Part shown: positions 1 through 9,064 of the stretch, piece after piece
How positions within the stretch are numbered: position 1 is the stretch's first letter
How the letters are laid out: every line of letters starts with the position of its first letter
Assembly (NCBI GenBank): GCA_964510945.1
Contig: CAZEED010000001.1
Span: 98,774-162,773 of the forward strand
DNA from: an uncultured Candidatus Saccharibacteria bacterium
GTDB taxonomy: Bacteria > Patescibacteriota > Saccharimonadia > Saccharimonadales > JAGQNJ01
Length of the DNA: 64,000 bases
Direction: 5' to 3'
The notes under the pieces: model-generated
Seen by the model: only the letters and a program-made list of their open reading frames with translations
Database searches by the model: none
What the model was told of the DNA's origin: nothing
Translations under genes and position numbers: made by a program

Positions 1-27
1 TTGAAGTTACTGGACCGAAGTTTGAAA

Positions 28-2583
28 TTACCGAATTTCTTGAAGATATTTCTTAATCTTTGGTTCGTCACGTTTTCGCCATGCGGTACGGGCGTCGATA
101 TCAGCAAGACCAATTTCAATGTTCTGCTTTAAGGTTTTATTCGATAAGTGCGGGACAAACAAATCTTCGTATTGCTTTTTTTGTTCATTCGTAGTTACTA
201 CGCTAGCAAAGTACGTAGGTAGATAGTCAAAAGATTTGCTATCACCAAGCTGTTTCTCTATCCACTTCCAGTTATCGACAACATAATCCCACATGACATC
301 TCTGATGTAGTAGTTTCGGAGAAATAATACAATCCAACGCGTTAAGTCTTGGGGCCGAACAAAACCTTTTTCGCCAAGAGCTTTTTTGATAATTGAGCTT
401 GCAGATTTTGGATCTCTAGTACTAGATAGGGCTCCGGCGATATCCATTTGCAAATCTGGCGAAGCATCTTCGTATTTTGATACAAGGTCGTCAGTGACTT
501 TCTTGCCTTTTTCTCTGACTGCAGCGCTAAGAATCACAGACCTGAGCTCCGAAGGAATTTCTATTATATTTTTCGTTTCATACATTGTAATTGCCTGTTC
601 TAAAGACTTTTTGTCATCAGATCCGACCATGATGGCAATTAAAGTCCGCCTGAACTGTTTTTGATTCGCATCATCAGACTTTTTATCTTCCCAGCCAAGT
701 TTTTCAAGATGACTACTAGCGAGTTGGACCTTGAGATGTTTTAACTTTTCTTCCGCTTTCTCATCTCCTTCAGTTAACTGATGAGATGCGCCAATGATCC
801 GTAGCATTGTAGTCCAGACAGAGTCTCGTTGCTCTGGCTGGTTAGCGACAACTACCTTTAGCCCATCAACAATAGAGGTATCGCCCCTTCTGGCCAGCAT
901 ATACATATCGTTAAGGGTGTTAATACGACCTTCAGCGGGCATGGAGTCGTCATGTAAGGCTTTGGCTACGGTTTTTTTATGATCAGCTGATTGGTAATCA
1001 ACAAAATAATGACCACTACCGTGAGTGTTAAAAAGCGTATTAACATCACCGTCAACTGTAATTTCGGACTCTTTCATTATTTTGGGATGTATTGAGGTAT
1101 TGGCAAGTAGTGGAATTGGCCAAACCGAACTCGATTTTTCGACAGAATCGAGTAGAAACCGCTGTTGCTTCAGTTTGAGGCCAGTATCAGACTCGCTAAC
1201 GTGTAGTACTGGCATACCTGGTTGTGTTATCCAGGCATCCATTAGTGCCGGAACATCGTGTTTAGTTACTGAGCCTAGACTGTCCCAAAGATCATTCCGA
1301 GTGGCGTTACGATATGCGAACTTTTCAAAGTATTTTTTCAATCCCAACCTAAAATCATCATCGCCAATATATTCTCTTAGCATTTTTATTAAACGTCCAC
1401 CTTTAGCGTAGACAATCCCGGGATCGAATAGAGTTTCGATAAGTTCTGGATCGTTTACTGGGACTACGACTGGTTGAATACCACTATAGACATCGCGACT
1501 AGTTGTAGACAGGACATCTTGAGATGTGTATAGCTCCCATTGATTCCACTCTGGATGAATTTCATCCAAGGCAATATGTTCCATAACGCTAGCAAAACTT
1601 TCGTTTAACCACAGATCATCCCACCATTTCATTGTGACTAGGTTGCCAAACCATTGGTGTGAAATTTCGTGAGCGATTACTAGGCTAACATATTGCTCGG
1701 TAGAAATTGAACGATTCTTAGGATCGGCTAGAAGTACTACCTCGCGGTAGGTGATTAAACCCCAATTTTCCATGGCGCCTGCGTCAAAATCAGGCAAAGC
1801 TACCATGTCGAGTTTTTTTAACGGATAAGGAGTCTGAAAATAGTCGGTAAAGAACTCTAATATTTTAATTCCCTCGTCGACAGAATACCGTAAATGGCTT
1901 TTATCTCTGGCGGTGCATGCCCAACTTCTTATTGTTACGCCGTCCTTGGTTTTGCCTTCAATAAAGTTCATGTCACCACAGACAAAAGCTAAAAGGTATG
2001 TGGACATTATAGGAGTTGTCTTAAACGTTGTTACTTTCCGGTTAGCAACTCTATTGACGCTTAATTCATTGGTATTGGATAAAACTATGTCAGTCTTGTC
2101 AGTTTTTAGCGTAAGGTCAAAGGTTGACTTTGCATCTGGTTCGTCAATGCACGGGAAGGCTTTTCGAGCATGATGACTTTCAAATTGTGTCGCTATCAGA
2201 CTCTTCTTTTTATTCTTTTCAGTGAAAGAGCTTGAATAAATCCCGAGCATTTGTTCGCTTATTTTCGCTACATACTTAATAGTGATTATATATTCACCGG
2301 GATAGATCAACTCGTCAGTGTGGATTCTTACCTCGTGCAATGATTTATGGGTATTTACTCTTTTAATTTTGACGTCAATATTTTGTTTTTTGTTGTGTAA
2401 TGAAGCGCTAATAATCTTAAGATTCTGCTGATGAAATGTTACCCGTTTACTTGGTCTGCCAACTTTTTTGCCTGTAATCGTTACTTGTCCCGATACGGAG
2501 CTGTTAGTTTTATCAATATCAAGTATCAAGTTGTAGTTATTTGGTGCAAATTGCTTTATTAGATGATCGACTTTCTTTGCCAT
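28..2583 (-). CDS. pepN: Aminopeptidase N (M1 family zinc metallopeptidase)
   Basis: 851 aa ORF with the GAMEN exopeptidase motif and HEISHQWFG(x18)E zinc-binding HEXXH+E signature. ATG start at 2583. Confidence 0.9.
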   Translation of the reverse strand: MAKKVDHLIKQFAPNNYNLILDIDKTNSSVSGQVTITGKKVGRPSKRVTFHQQNLKIISASLHNKKQNIDVKIKRVNTHKSLHEVRIHTDELIYPGEYIITIKYVAKISEQMLGIYSSSFTEKNKKKSLIATQFESHHARKAFPCIDEPDAKSTFDLTLKTDKTDIVLSNTNELSVNRVANRKVTTFKTTPIMSTYLLAFVCGDMNFIEGKTKDGVTIRSWACTARDKSHLRYSVDEGIKILEFFTDYFQTPYPLKKLDMVALPDFDAGAMENWGLITYREVVLLADPKNRSISTEQYVSLVIAHEISHQWFGNLVTMKWWDDLWLNESFASVMEHIALDEIHPEWNQWELYTSQDVLSTTSRDVYSGIQPVVVPVNDPELIETLFDPGIVYAKGGRLIKMLREYIGDDDFRLGLKKYFEKFAYRNATRNDLWDSLGSVTKHDVPALMDAWITQPGMPVLHVSESDTGLKLKQQRFLLDSVEKSSSVWPIPLLANTSIHPKIMKESEITVDGDVNTLFNTHGSGHYFVDYQSADHKKTVAKALHDDSMPAEGRINTLNDMYMLARRGDTSIVDGLKVVVANQPEQRDSVWTTMLRIIGASHQLTEGDEKAEEKLKHLKVQLASSHLEKLGWEDKKSDDANQKQFRRTLIAIMVGSDDKKSLEQAITMYETKNIIEIPSELRSVILSAAVREKGKKVTDDLVSKYEDASPDLQMDIAGALSSTRDPKSASSIIKKALGEKGFVRPQDLTRWIVLFLRNYYIRDVMWDYVVDNWKWIEKQLGDSKSFDYLPTYFASVVTTNEQKKQYEDLFVPHLSNKTLKQNIEIGLADIDARTAWRKRDEPKIKKYLQEIR

Positions 2584-2711
2584 ACAGAAATATATACTAA
2601 CATGCTCTGGCGATAGCTAGCTTGACTGGGCATTAAGCGACTGATATGATATCTATAGTTAGGTCGGCCGGAAGGTCGACTTTTTAAATGCTAAACGGAA
2701 GGAAAAATATA

Positions 2712-3929
2712 ATGGATTTAGACATGAAACAGTTAGCGTTAGCCGTACGGACTATCGCAGAAGAGAAAAATTTGCCGGAAGAAACAGTTAAAGAAAGCGT
2801 AGAGCAAGCTTTAGCAGCAGCTTACAGACGAGATTATGGAGATCGTGAACAAGAAGTCCGAGTAACTATGAACCTTAATACAGGCGATATTGACGCTTAT
2901 GTCACTAAAGACGTCGTAGAAAAAGTTGAAGACGACAAAATTCAGATAAGTCTTCGCGATGCCAGTGTGATGAAGAAAGACGCTAAAGTAGGCGATCAGA
3001 TTGAAGTGCATCAAACAGTCGAAAGTTTTGGACGAGTAGCAGCCCAGACAGCAAAACAAGTAATTTTACAAAAACTTCGAGAAAGTGAACGCGAGATCAT
3101 CTTGGCCGAATACGAAGATAAAATCGGAACAGTAATCAATGGAATCGTGTCCCGAGTTGAAGGACGACTAGTGCGCGTTGACATTGGCAAGGCGCAAGGA
3201 ATAATGCCGGTTAGCGAACAGATTCAGGGCGAACACTACTATAGTGGTCAAAGGGTTAAAGTATACCTAAAAGACGTTGAGCGCGGGCTTCGAGGACCAC
3301 AGCTAATAGTGTCTAGAGGAAATACCGAGTTTATAGAATGGTTATTCCAAAACGAAGTGCCCGAGATGGAGAGTGGCGCTGTAGAAATCAAAAAGATTGC
3401 CCGTGAGGCTGGCGTCAGGACAAAACTTGCCGTTAATTCGACTGTACCTGGTGTTGATCCGGTAGGGACATTTGTTGGTGGACACGGCACCAGGGTAAAC
3501 GCGGTGATGAGCGAAGTTGGCGAACAAGAAAAAATCGATATTGTAGTCTGGGATGATGACGTTAAACAGTTCATAATCAATGCTTTGAGCCCAACAAAGG
3601 TTACTAAAGTAGAATTAGATGAAGCTACAAAAAAAGCAAAAGTTTTCGTACCGGAAGATCAACTATCAATTGCTATCGGTAAGAGTGGGCAGAACGTCAG
3701 GCTTGCGAGCAAACTCTCTGGCTATGAGCTAGATATTGAAGGTGATAAATCAAAGGTTGAAGAACCGACTTCTGCTGACGAGAATCCTGAAGTTACAGGA
3801 CCAGTACAAGCTAAGCCTGCGCATAAACCAGCAGAAACTGTTGATACTAAACCAAAAAAGTTAAAGAAGAAAAGTGAGCTAGAAAGTAGCCTGCTCGATG
3901 CTGTCGAAGAACACGGTACTGAAGAGTAA
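2712..3929 (+). CDS. nusA: Transcription termination/antitermination factor NusA
   Basis: N-terminal NusA domain (KQLALAV..EQALAAAYRRDYG), S1 and KH regions, acidic C-terminal tail. ATG at 2712 has a GGAAGG RBS; the track start 2688 is an alternative. Confidence 0.85.
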   Translation: MDLDMKQLALAVRTIAEEKNLPEETVKESVEQALAAAYRRDYGDREQEVRVTMNLNTGDIDAYVTKDVVEKVEDDKIQISLRDASVMKKDAKVGDQIEVHQTVESFGRVAAQTAKQVILQKLRESEREIILAEYEDKIGTVINGIVSRVEGRLVRVDIGKAQGIMPVSEQIQGEHYYSGQRVKVYLKDVERGLRGPQLIVSRGNTEFIEWLFQNEVPEMESGAVEIKKIAREAGVRTKLAVNSTVPGVDPVGTFVGGHGTRVNAVMSEVGEQEKIDIVVWDDDVKQFIINALSPTKVTKVELDEATKKAKVFVPEDQLSIAIGKSGQNVRLASKLSGYELDIEGDKSKVEEPTSADENPEVTGPVQAKPAHKPAETVDTKPKKLKKKSELESSLLDAVEEHGTEE

Positions 3930-3955
3930 AAGAAGAATAGGTAAATTACATAAAC

Positions 3956-3983
3956 GGCACTCTTGACCCATGTCAAGAATGCC
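3956..3983 (+). promoter_or_regulatory. Imperfect palindrome GGCACTCTTGAC-N4-GTCAAGAATGCC sharing the GCACTCTTGAC half-site with the two CIRCE-like elements
   Basis: Read directly from the sequence. Lies 27 nt after the nusA stop. Function unknown; possibly a third operator or a terminator-like hairpin. Confidence 0.3.
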
Positions 3984-4030
3984 AAGTATGTTCATCCGCT
4001 GGCACTATCTCTCCAGCGAACTACTCTAAC

Positions 4031-4095
4031 TATTTAGTAATAACTTCACTTTAGTGTAGCTACGGCTACACTAAACTCTGAGTTATTACTAAATA
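4031..4095. repeat. Long imperfect inverted repeat (~30 nt arms) in the nusA-clpC intergenic region
   Basis: tatttagtaataacttcactttagtgtagc / gctacactaaactctgagttattactaaata seen in the sequence. No following T-tract. Confidence 0.4.
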
Positions 4096-4137
4096 GCGAG
4101 TACTTCATCTTTATAGATACGCTTTCGAACAAACATA

Positions 4138-4175
4138 TTGGCACTCTTGACATGAGAGTGCTAATTTCATAATAT
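4138..4175 (+). promoter_or_regulatory. CIRCE-like operator (TTGGCACTC-N9-GAGTGCTAA) overlapping a sigma70-like promoter (-35 TTGACA 4147-4152, 17 nt spacer, -10 TAATAT 4170-4175) upstream of clpC
   Basis: 8/9 and 9/9 match to the CIRCE half-sites with the canonical 9-nt spacer. The spacer carries the -35 hexamer. Confidence 0.6.
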
Positions 4176-4226
4176 GGGAATACGATTATAGTCGTATACA
4201 AAATTAATTCGAGGGATAATTAATAC

Positions 4227-6701
4227 ATGCACCCAAATTCATCTGACTTTCAAGAGTTCTTAAATCACCTGACGGAAAACGCCCTGCAAAGTTTGCGACA
4301 CGCCGACGCTATTGCTCGTAGTGCAAATAGTCCGTACGTAGGTACAGAGCACCTACTGCTCGGTGTATTGGCGCAGGAAGGGTCGTTAGGCTCAAAAGTG
4401 TTAGTTGACGCAGGCGTAACTCTTGATAAAGCTCGGGTTGCGCTAAATCTAAGCCCAAAGAATATCATAATTAATATGGGCGCTAAGGGGCTGAGTGAGA
4501 CCGCAAAATTGACATTAAAAATGGCCTACGATGTAGCACAGGAATTTAATCAAGAGTTCTGCGGGACAGAGCATATTGTGTATAGTATTTTGACTCAGAA
4601 GAATGCTCGAGCCACAGTTTTGGTTAGAGATATGAGAGTTGATGTTGATCGACTAATAACTGAGCTAGAACAATTTTTAAATAAGCAACAATATGATGAG
4701 AACGGCAGTCCGGGTTCAACAAAGCGAGTTAAAAAAGGCAGAAAAACTGCTTTAGACTTTTTTGGCACAGATTTGACCGCTCAGGCAAAAGAAGGAAAGC
4801 TTGATCCAGTAGTTGGTAGAGACCCACAGATCAGACGACTAATCACTATTTTAAATCGTAGAACCAAAAATAACCCAGTATTGATCGGTGAGCCAGGAGT
4901 AGGAAAAACTGCAATCGCTGAGGGGCTTGCTCAAAGAATAGTAAGCGAGGACGTTCCTGACGGTTTGTTGGACAAAAAGATAATAATGCTCGATCTAGCG
5001 GGTATGATCGCAGGGACTAAATACAGGGGCGAATTTGAAGATCGCCTGAAGAAAGTCATGAATGAACTAGAACGAGATAGGAATATTATAATTTTTATCG
5101 ACGAACTTCATTTGATTGTTGGTGCAGGCGCCGCTGAGGGTGCTATGGATGCCGGGAATATTCTAAAACCGGCACTCGCTCGAGGTAAGATTCAGATGAT
5201 TGGTGCTACGACGACAAATGAATATACTAAGCACATCGAGAAAGACGCCGCGTTAGAGCGTCGACTACAGCCCATTCAAGTGCCAGAAACGAACGTTAAT
5301 GAAACAATAGCAATCCTAAAAGGTCTGCGTAAACATTACGAAGCTTTCCACGGAGTAACTATTAGCGATGAAGTTATAACGGATACTGTTCAGCTAGCTA
5401 AAAGGTATATTAATGACAGATTCATGCCTGATAAAGCAATTGATCTTATAGACGAGACTGCGGCGCATCTTCGCCTAGATAAAGGTAGAACACCACCGGA
5501 AGTGAGAAGGCTTAAACAAGAGCTGAAGTTAGTTAATACCCGTATTGAAGATGCAGTTGATGCGGAAGATTACGAGAGAGCCGCCCAAAATAAACAAAGG
5601 GCCAGTCAGATTCAAGAAGAGCTCAAAAAACTAAATTCAAATGAAAAAGTAAACAAAAAAATTGTTATGAATAGCGAGGATGTCGCCGGAACAGTTGCAC
5701 GTATGACCGGTGTACCAGCTAGAAAAGTTATTAGATCTGAAGCAAAGTATCTGATGAACCTAGAAAAGTCTTTAGGTAAGTATGTTATAGGTCAAGACGA
5801 GGCCGTTGAGGCCGTATCTAAGGCTATTAGACGAAATAGATCAGGAGTTGGTAGCGAAAAACGGCCTGTTGGCTCATTCATTTTCCTAGGACCAACAGGG
5901 GTAGGTAAAACGGAACTTGCTAGAGTGCTGGCTAGAGAATTTTATGGATCAGAAGAAGCGCTAGTAAAAATAGACATGAGTGAATTTAGCGAACGACATA
6001 CTGTTGCGCGTTTAGTAGGTGCTCCTGCAGGATACGTTGGATACGATGATGGCGGACAATTAACTGACAAAATCAGACGTCAACCTTATAGTTTAGTTTT
6101 GTTTGACGAGATTGAAAAAGCTCATCCTGAAGTTTTTAACATGCTACTACAAATATTAGAAGATGGACATTTAACTGACGCCAAAGGACGAAAAATTGAT
6201 TTTACTAACACTATAGTGATTATGACTAGCAATATCGGAGCCGAAAAACTCCAGAAAGAAGCGTCATTTGGCTTTTCGGTAAACACTAGCAAACAATTAG
6301 AAAATCTCGACGAGCTTCACAAAGCCAATAAAGATAAGGTGCTAGATGATTTGAAGAAAATGCTACGTCCAGAACTGCTGAATAGAATCGATAAAACAAT
6401 CGTATTTAGAGCTTTAACGAAAAAAGATATTATTCGAATACTTGATCTTCAGGTTGATGAGTTGAAAGAGCGTTTAGTAAAGCATGGTCTTAGCGTTAAA
6501 CTGACGCCTCAGGCTAAGCAATACATGCTAGACAATGGTTATGATGCCAAAAACGGTGTCCGACCGCTCAGACGGCTCCTGCAAGACACGTTGGAGGACT
6601 ATATTGCATCAGAGCTATTGTCTGACAAATATAAAAAAGGCGACATCATATCTATTGATACAAAAAAACACGATTTGACGTATAAAGTAGCTACTGAATA
6701 A
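4227..6701 (+). CDS. clpC: ATP-dependent Clp protease ATPase subunit ClpC-type (Clp_N, two AAA+ modules)
   Basis: Two Walker A motifs ([16 protein letters not shown]). N-terminal Clp repeat domain. Short middle domain typical of ClpC rather than ClpB. Confidence 0.88.
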   Translation: MHPNSSDFQEFLNHLTENALQSLRHADAIARSANSPYVGTEHLLLGVLAQEGSLGSKVLVDAGVTLDKARVALNLSPKNIIINMGAKGLSETAKLTLKMAYDVAQEFNQEFCGTEHIVYSILTQKNARATVLVRDMRVDVDRLITELEQFLNKQQYDENGSPGSTKRVKKGRKTALDFFGTDLTAQAKEGKLDPVVGRDPQIRRLITILNRRTKNNPVLIGEPGVGKTAIAEGLAQRIVSEDVPDGLLDKKIIMLDLAGMIAGTKYRGEFEDRLKKVMNELERDRNIIIFIDELHLIVGAGAAEGAMDAGNILKPALARGKIQMIGATTTNEYTKHIEKDAALERRLQPIQVPETNVNETIAILKGLRKHYEAFHGVTISDEVITDTVQLAKRYINDRFMPDKAIDLIDETAAHLRLDKGRTPPEVRRLKQELKLVNTRIEDAVDAEDYERAAQNKQRASQIQEELKKLNSNEKVNKKIVMNSEDVAGTVARMTGVPARKVIRSEAKYLMNLEKSLGKYVIGQDEAVEAVSKAIRRNRSGVGSEKRPVGSFIFLGPTGVGKTELARVLAREFYGSEEALVKIDMSEFSERHTVARLVGAPAGYVGYDDGGQLTDKIRRQPYSLVLFDEIEKAHPEVFNMLLQILEDGHLTDAKGRKIDFTNTIVIMTSNIGAEKLQKEASFGFSVNTSKQLENLDELHKANKDKVLDDLKKMLRPELLNRIDKTIVFRALTKKDIIRILDLQVDELKERLVKHGLSVKLTPQAKQYMLDNGYDAKNGVRPLRRLLQDTLEDYIASELLSDKYKKGDIISIDTKKHDLTYKVATE

Positions 6702-6725
6702 GCATTTTTAGTTATAATAGATAGA

Positions 6726-7694
6726 ATGAATTCCAGAAAGAAATCATTTGAGATATTCATTGTTTTCTGTTTATTGTTGGTTGGATTAGGATTTGTCTTT
6801 CGACAGGATTTGATGGATTGGTACACGCTCAGGACCTATGACCCTCCGGCATCTATTGAAAAAATAACAAAAACCAATAAATTCACCGAGTCAGGAAAAA
6901 GATATTTTTATGTAGCTCGTCCCGCGATCGTTAGAGGGGCACAATTTAATCAAAAGTGTCGGGATGGTTTGCCGACAGAGTTTTCTATAGTCCTGGGGTG
7001 TTATATCAATACTGACGGTATCTATCTTTTTAGAGTCACGGATAAGCGATTAAATGGAATTGTAGAAGTAACAGCAGCACATGAAATGTTGCATTCGGCA
7101 TACGACCGATTAAACAGTGATCAAAAAAACGAAGTAGATAAAATGTTGCAAGAAGCTTACCAGGGAATAAAAGACGTTAGGATTAAACGAACGATCGAGC
7201 AATACAAGCAACAAGATCCCTCGAGTGTCCCGAACGAACTACATTCTATACTCGGAACAGAAGTCGCAAATTTGCCCGAAGATCTCGAAAATTATTATAA
7301 GCAATATTTTAAAGATAGGACCACTATTACAGATCTGTCGTCTAGCTATGAATCAGAATTTAGCTCAAGACAGAATAAGGCCGACCAAATTGGCTTGCAG
7401 CTTTCGGGCCTTAAGTCTGAAATTGATTCCGCCCAGCAGTCAGCTAATCAAAAGCGCGCCCAACTCTTAGGTGATAAAAGTTCGTTAGATGATTTATTGG
7501 CGAGCGGAAAAACAGACGAGTATAATTCGCGTGTCGATTCATTCAATAACGAAGTCGCTGTTTACAACGCACTCGTTAAGCAAATTCAAACAAAAATAAA
7601 GTCGTATAACTTGCTGGTAGCCGAGTACCAAGACGTTTCTGTAGAGATAAATGATTTATATCAATCTATAGACAGCCGTCCAAAGTCCCTGTAA
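6726..7694 (+). CDS. Hypothetical membrane-anchored protein with HEMLH motif and C-terminal coiled-coil region
   Basis: N-terminal TM helix (IFIVFCLLLVGLGFVF). HEXXH-like HEMLH. Q/S/L-rich heptad-like C-terminus. Confidence 0.6.
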   Translation: MNSRKKSFEIFIVFCLLLVGLGFVFRQDLMDWYTLRTYDPPASIEKITKTNKFTESGKRYFYVARPAIVRGAQFNQKCRDGLPTEFSIVLGCYINTDGIYLFRVTDKRLNGIVEVTAAHEMLHSAYDRLNSDQKNEVDKMLQEAYQGIKDVRIKRTIEQYKQQDPSSVPNELHSILGTEVANLPEDLENYYKQYFKDRTTITDLSSSYESEFSSRQNKADQIGLQLSGLKSEIDSAQQSANQKRAQLLGDKSSLDDLLASGKTDEYNSRVDSFNNEVAVYNALVKQIQTKIKSYNLLVAEYQDVSVEINDLYQSIDSRPKSL

Positions 7695-7714
7695 TCTGAT
7701 ACAATTTTATCTAT

Positions 7715-9049
7715 ATGGCAAAACAGCAAAGAATGTATGTTTGTAGTAATTGTGGTGCTGAGTCTATTGTCTGGGCGGGAAAATGTCAGAGTTGCCAAGA
7801 ATGGAATACTTTAGAAGAAGTAGTAATCGAGAAGAATGTCAGTAAAAGCGCTTCTAAAACGGAAATAAAAATTGTTAACGCAAAAGATGCAATCAACAAT
7901 TTTGAAAAACGAATTGTTGTTGGAATAAGTGAAGTTGATAAAGTTTTGGGCGGAGGATTGGTTAAGGGTGGAGTTGTATTAATTGCTGGAGAACCCGGAA
8001 TTGGAAAAAGCACTCTTTTGTTACAGATGGCCGATGGTTCGGGTGAAAAATCGAAAGTTTTATATGTTAGTGCAGAAGAATCTATTCATCAAGTCGGTCT
8101 GAGAGCGGGTAGGTTAGGAGTAGAAAAAAGTAATATTTCTTTATCGGACGAAACAGATGTGGATTCAATCTCAAACGCGATAAGTTCAAAAAAATTTGAT
8201 GTAGTGATAGTGGATTCTATTCAAACTATATCTACAAATCTACTATCAAGTTCATCTGGTTCTATTAGCCAAATCACTAGTTGTGCTCATATGTTGATCG
8301 AAGCAGCAAAATCATCAAATACAGCAATTATGATCGTTGGACATGTCACTAAAGAGGGAAGTATTGCTGGACCAAAGATCCTCGAGCATCTTGTTGATGT
8401 AGTATTACAGCTGGAAGGTGATAGATACGGTGGCTTTAAATTACTGAGGAGTATAAAAAATCGTTTTGGGAGTACCAATGAGGTGGCTATTTTGGAAATG
8501 GCTGAGAATGGACTAAGAATAGTAGATAACCCTTCAAAAGAACTGCTAAAAGAGCGGCAAATAACTGATGGATCGGTAGTGCTAGCTACAATGGAAGGCA
8601 CACGGCCAGTGCTAGTTGAGGTTCAGGCGCTTGTAAACAAAACTGCCTACGGCTACCCTAAACGCACCGCTAGTGGATTTGATATAAATAGGCTAAATCT
8701 TCTGATTGCAGTTCTAGAGAAAAGGACTAAGCTAAATCTTGCCGATAAAGATATATACATTAATATCGTTGGGGGTATTAGAGTGACCGAGAATGCCGCT
8801 GACCTAGCTGTTTGTATGGCTATAGGATCAGCGGCGAAAGGTCTTAAACTAAAAACTAACTCTGTGGTTTTTGGAGAAATTGGACTAAGCGGTGAAGTTC
8901 GGCATGTTGCAAGTGTTGAAAAAAGAATTCTAGAATCAACAAAAATGGGTTTTAAACAGACGATTGGGCCAAAATCAATGGCCGTAACTAGCCCAAATCA
9001 TTACCGAGCTAAAGATATTCGTACAACTTTAAACGACTTCTTGAAATAG
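7715..9049 (+). CDS. radA: DNA repair protein RadA/Sms
   Basis: N-terminal C4 zinc finger (CSNCGAE..CQSCQEW). RecA-like Walker A GEPGIGKST. Lon-protease-like C-terminal domain. Confidence 0.9.
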   Translation: MAKQQRMYVCSNCGAESIVWAGKCQSCQEWNTLEEVVIEKNVSKSASKTEIKIVNAKDAINNFEKRIVVGISEVDKVLGGGLVKGGVVLIAGEPGIGKSTLLLQMADGSGEKSKVLYVSAEESIHQVGLRAGRLGVEKSNISLSDETDVDSISNAISSKKFDVVIVDSIQTISTNLLSSSSGSISQITSCAHMLIEAAKSSNTAIMIVGHVTKEGSIAGPKILEHLVDVVLQLEGDRYGGFKLLRSIKNRFGSTNEVAILEMAENGLRIVDNPSKELLKERQITDGSVVLATMEGTRPVLVEVQALVNKTAYGYPKRTASGFDINRLNLLIAVLEKRTKLNLADKDIYINIVGGIRVTENAADLAVCMAIGSAAKGLKLKTNSVVFGEIGLSGEVRHVASVEKRILESTKMGFKQTIGPKSMAVTSPNHYRAKDIRTTLNDFLK

Positions 9050-9064
9050 ATACTTTATTTATTT

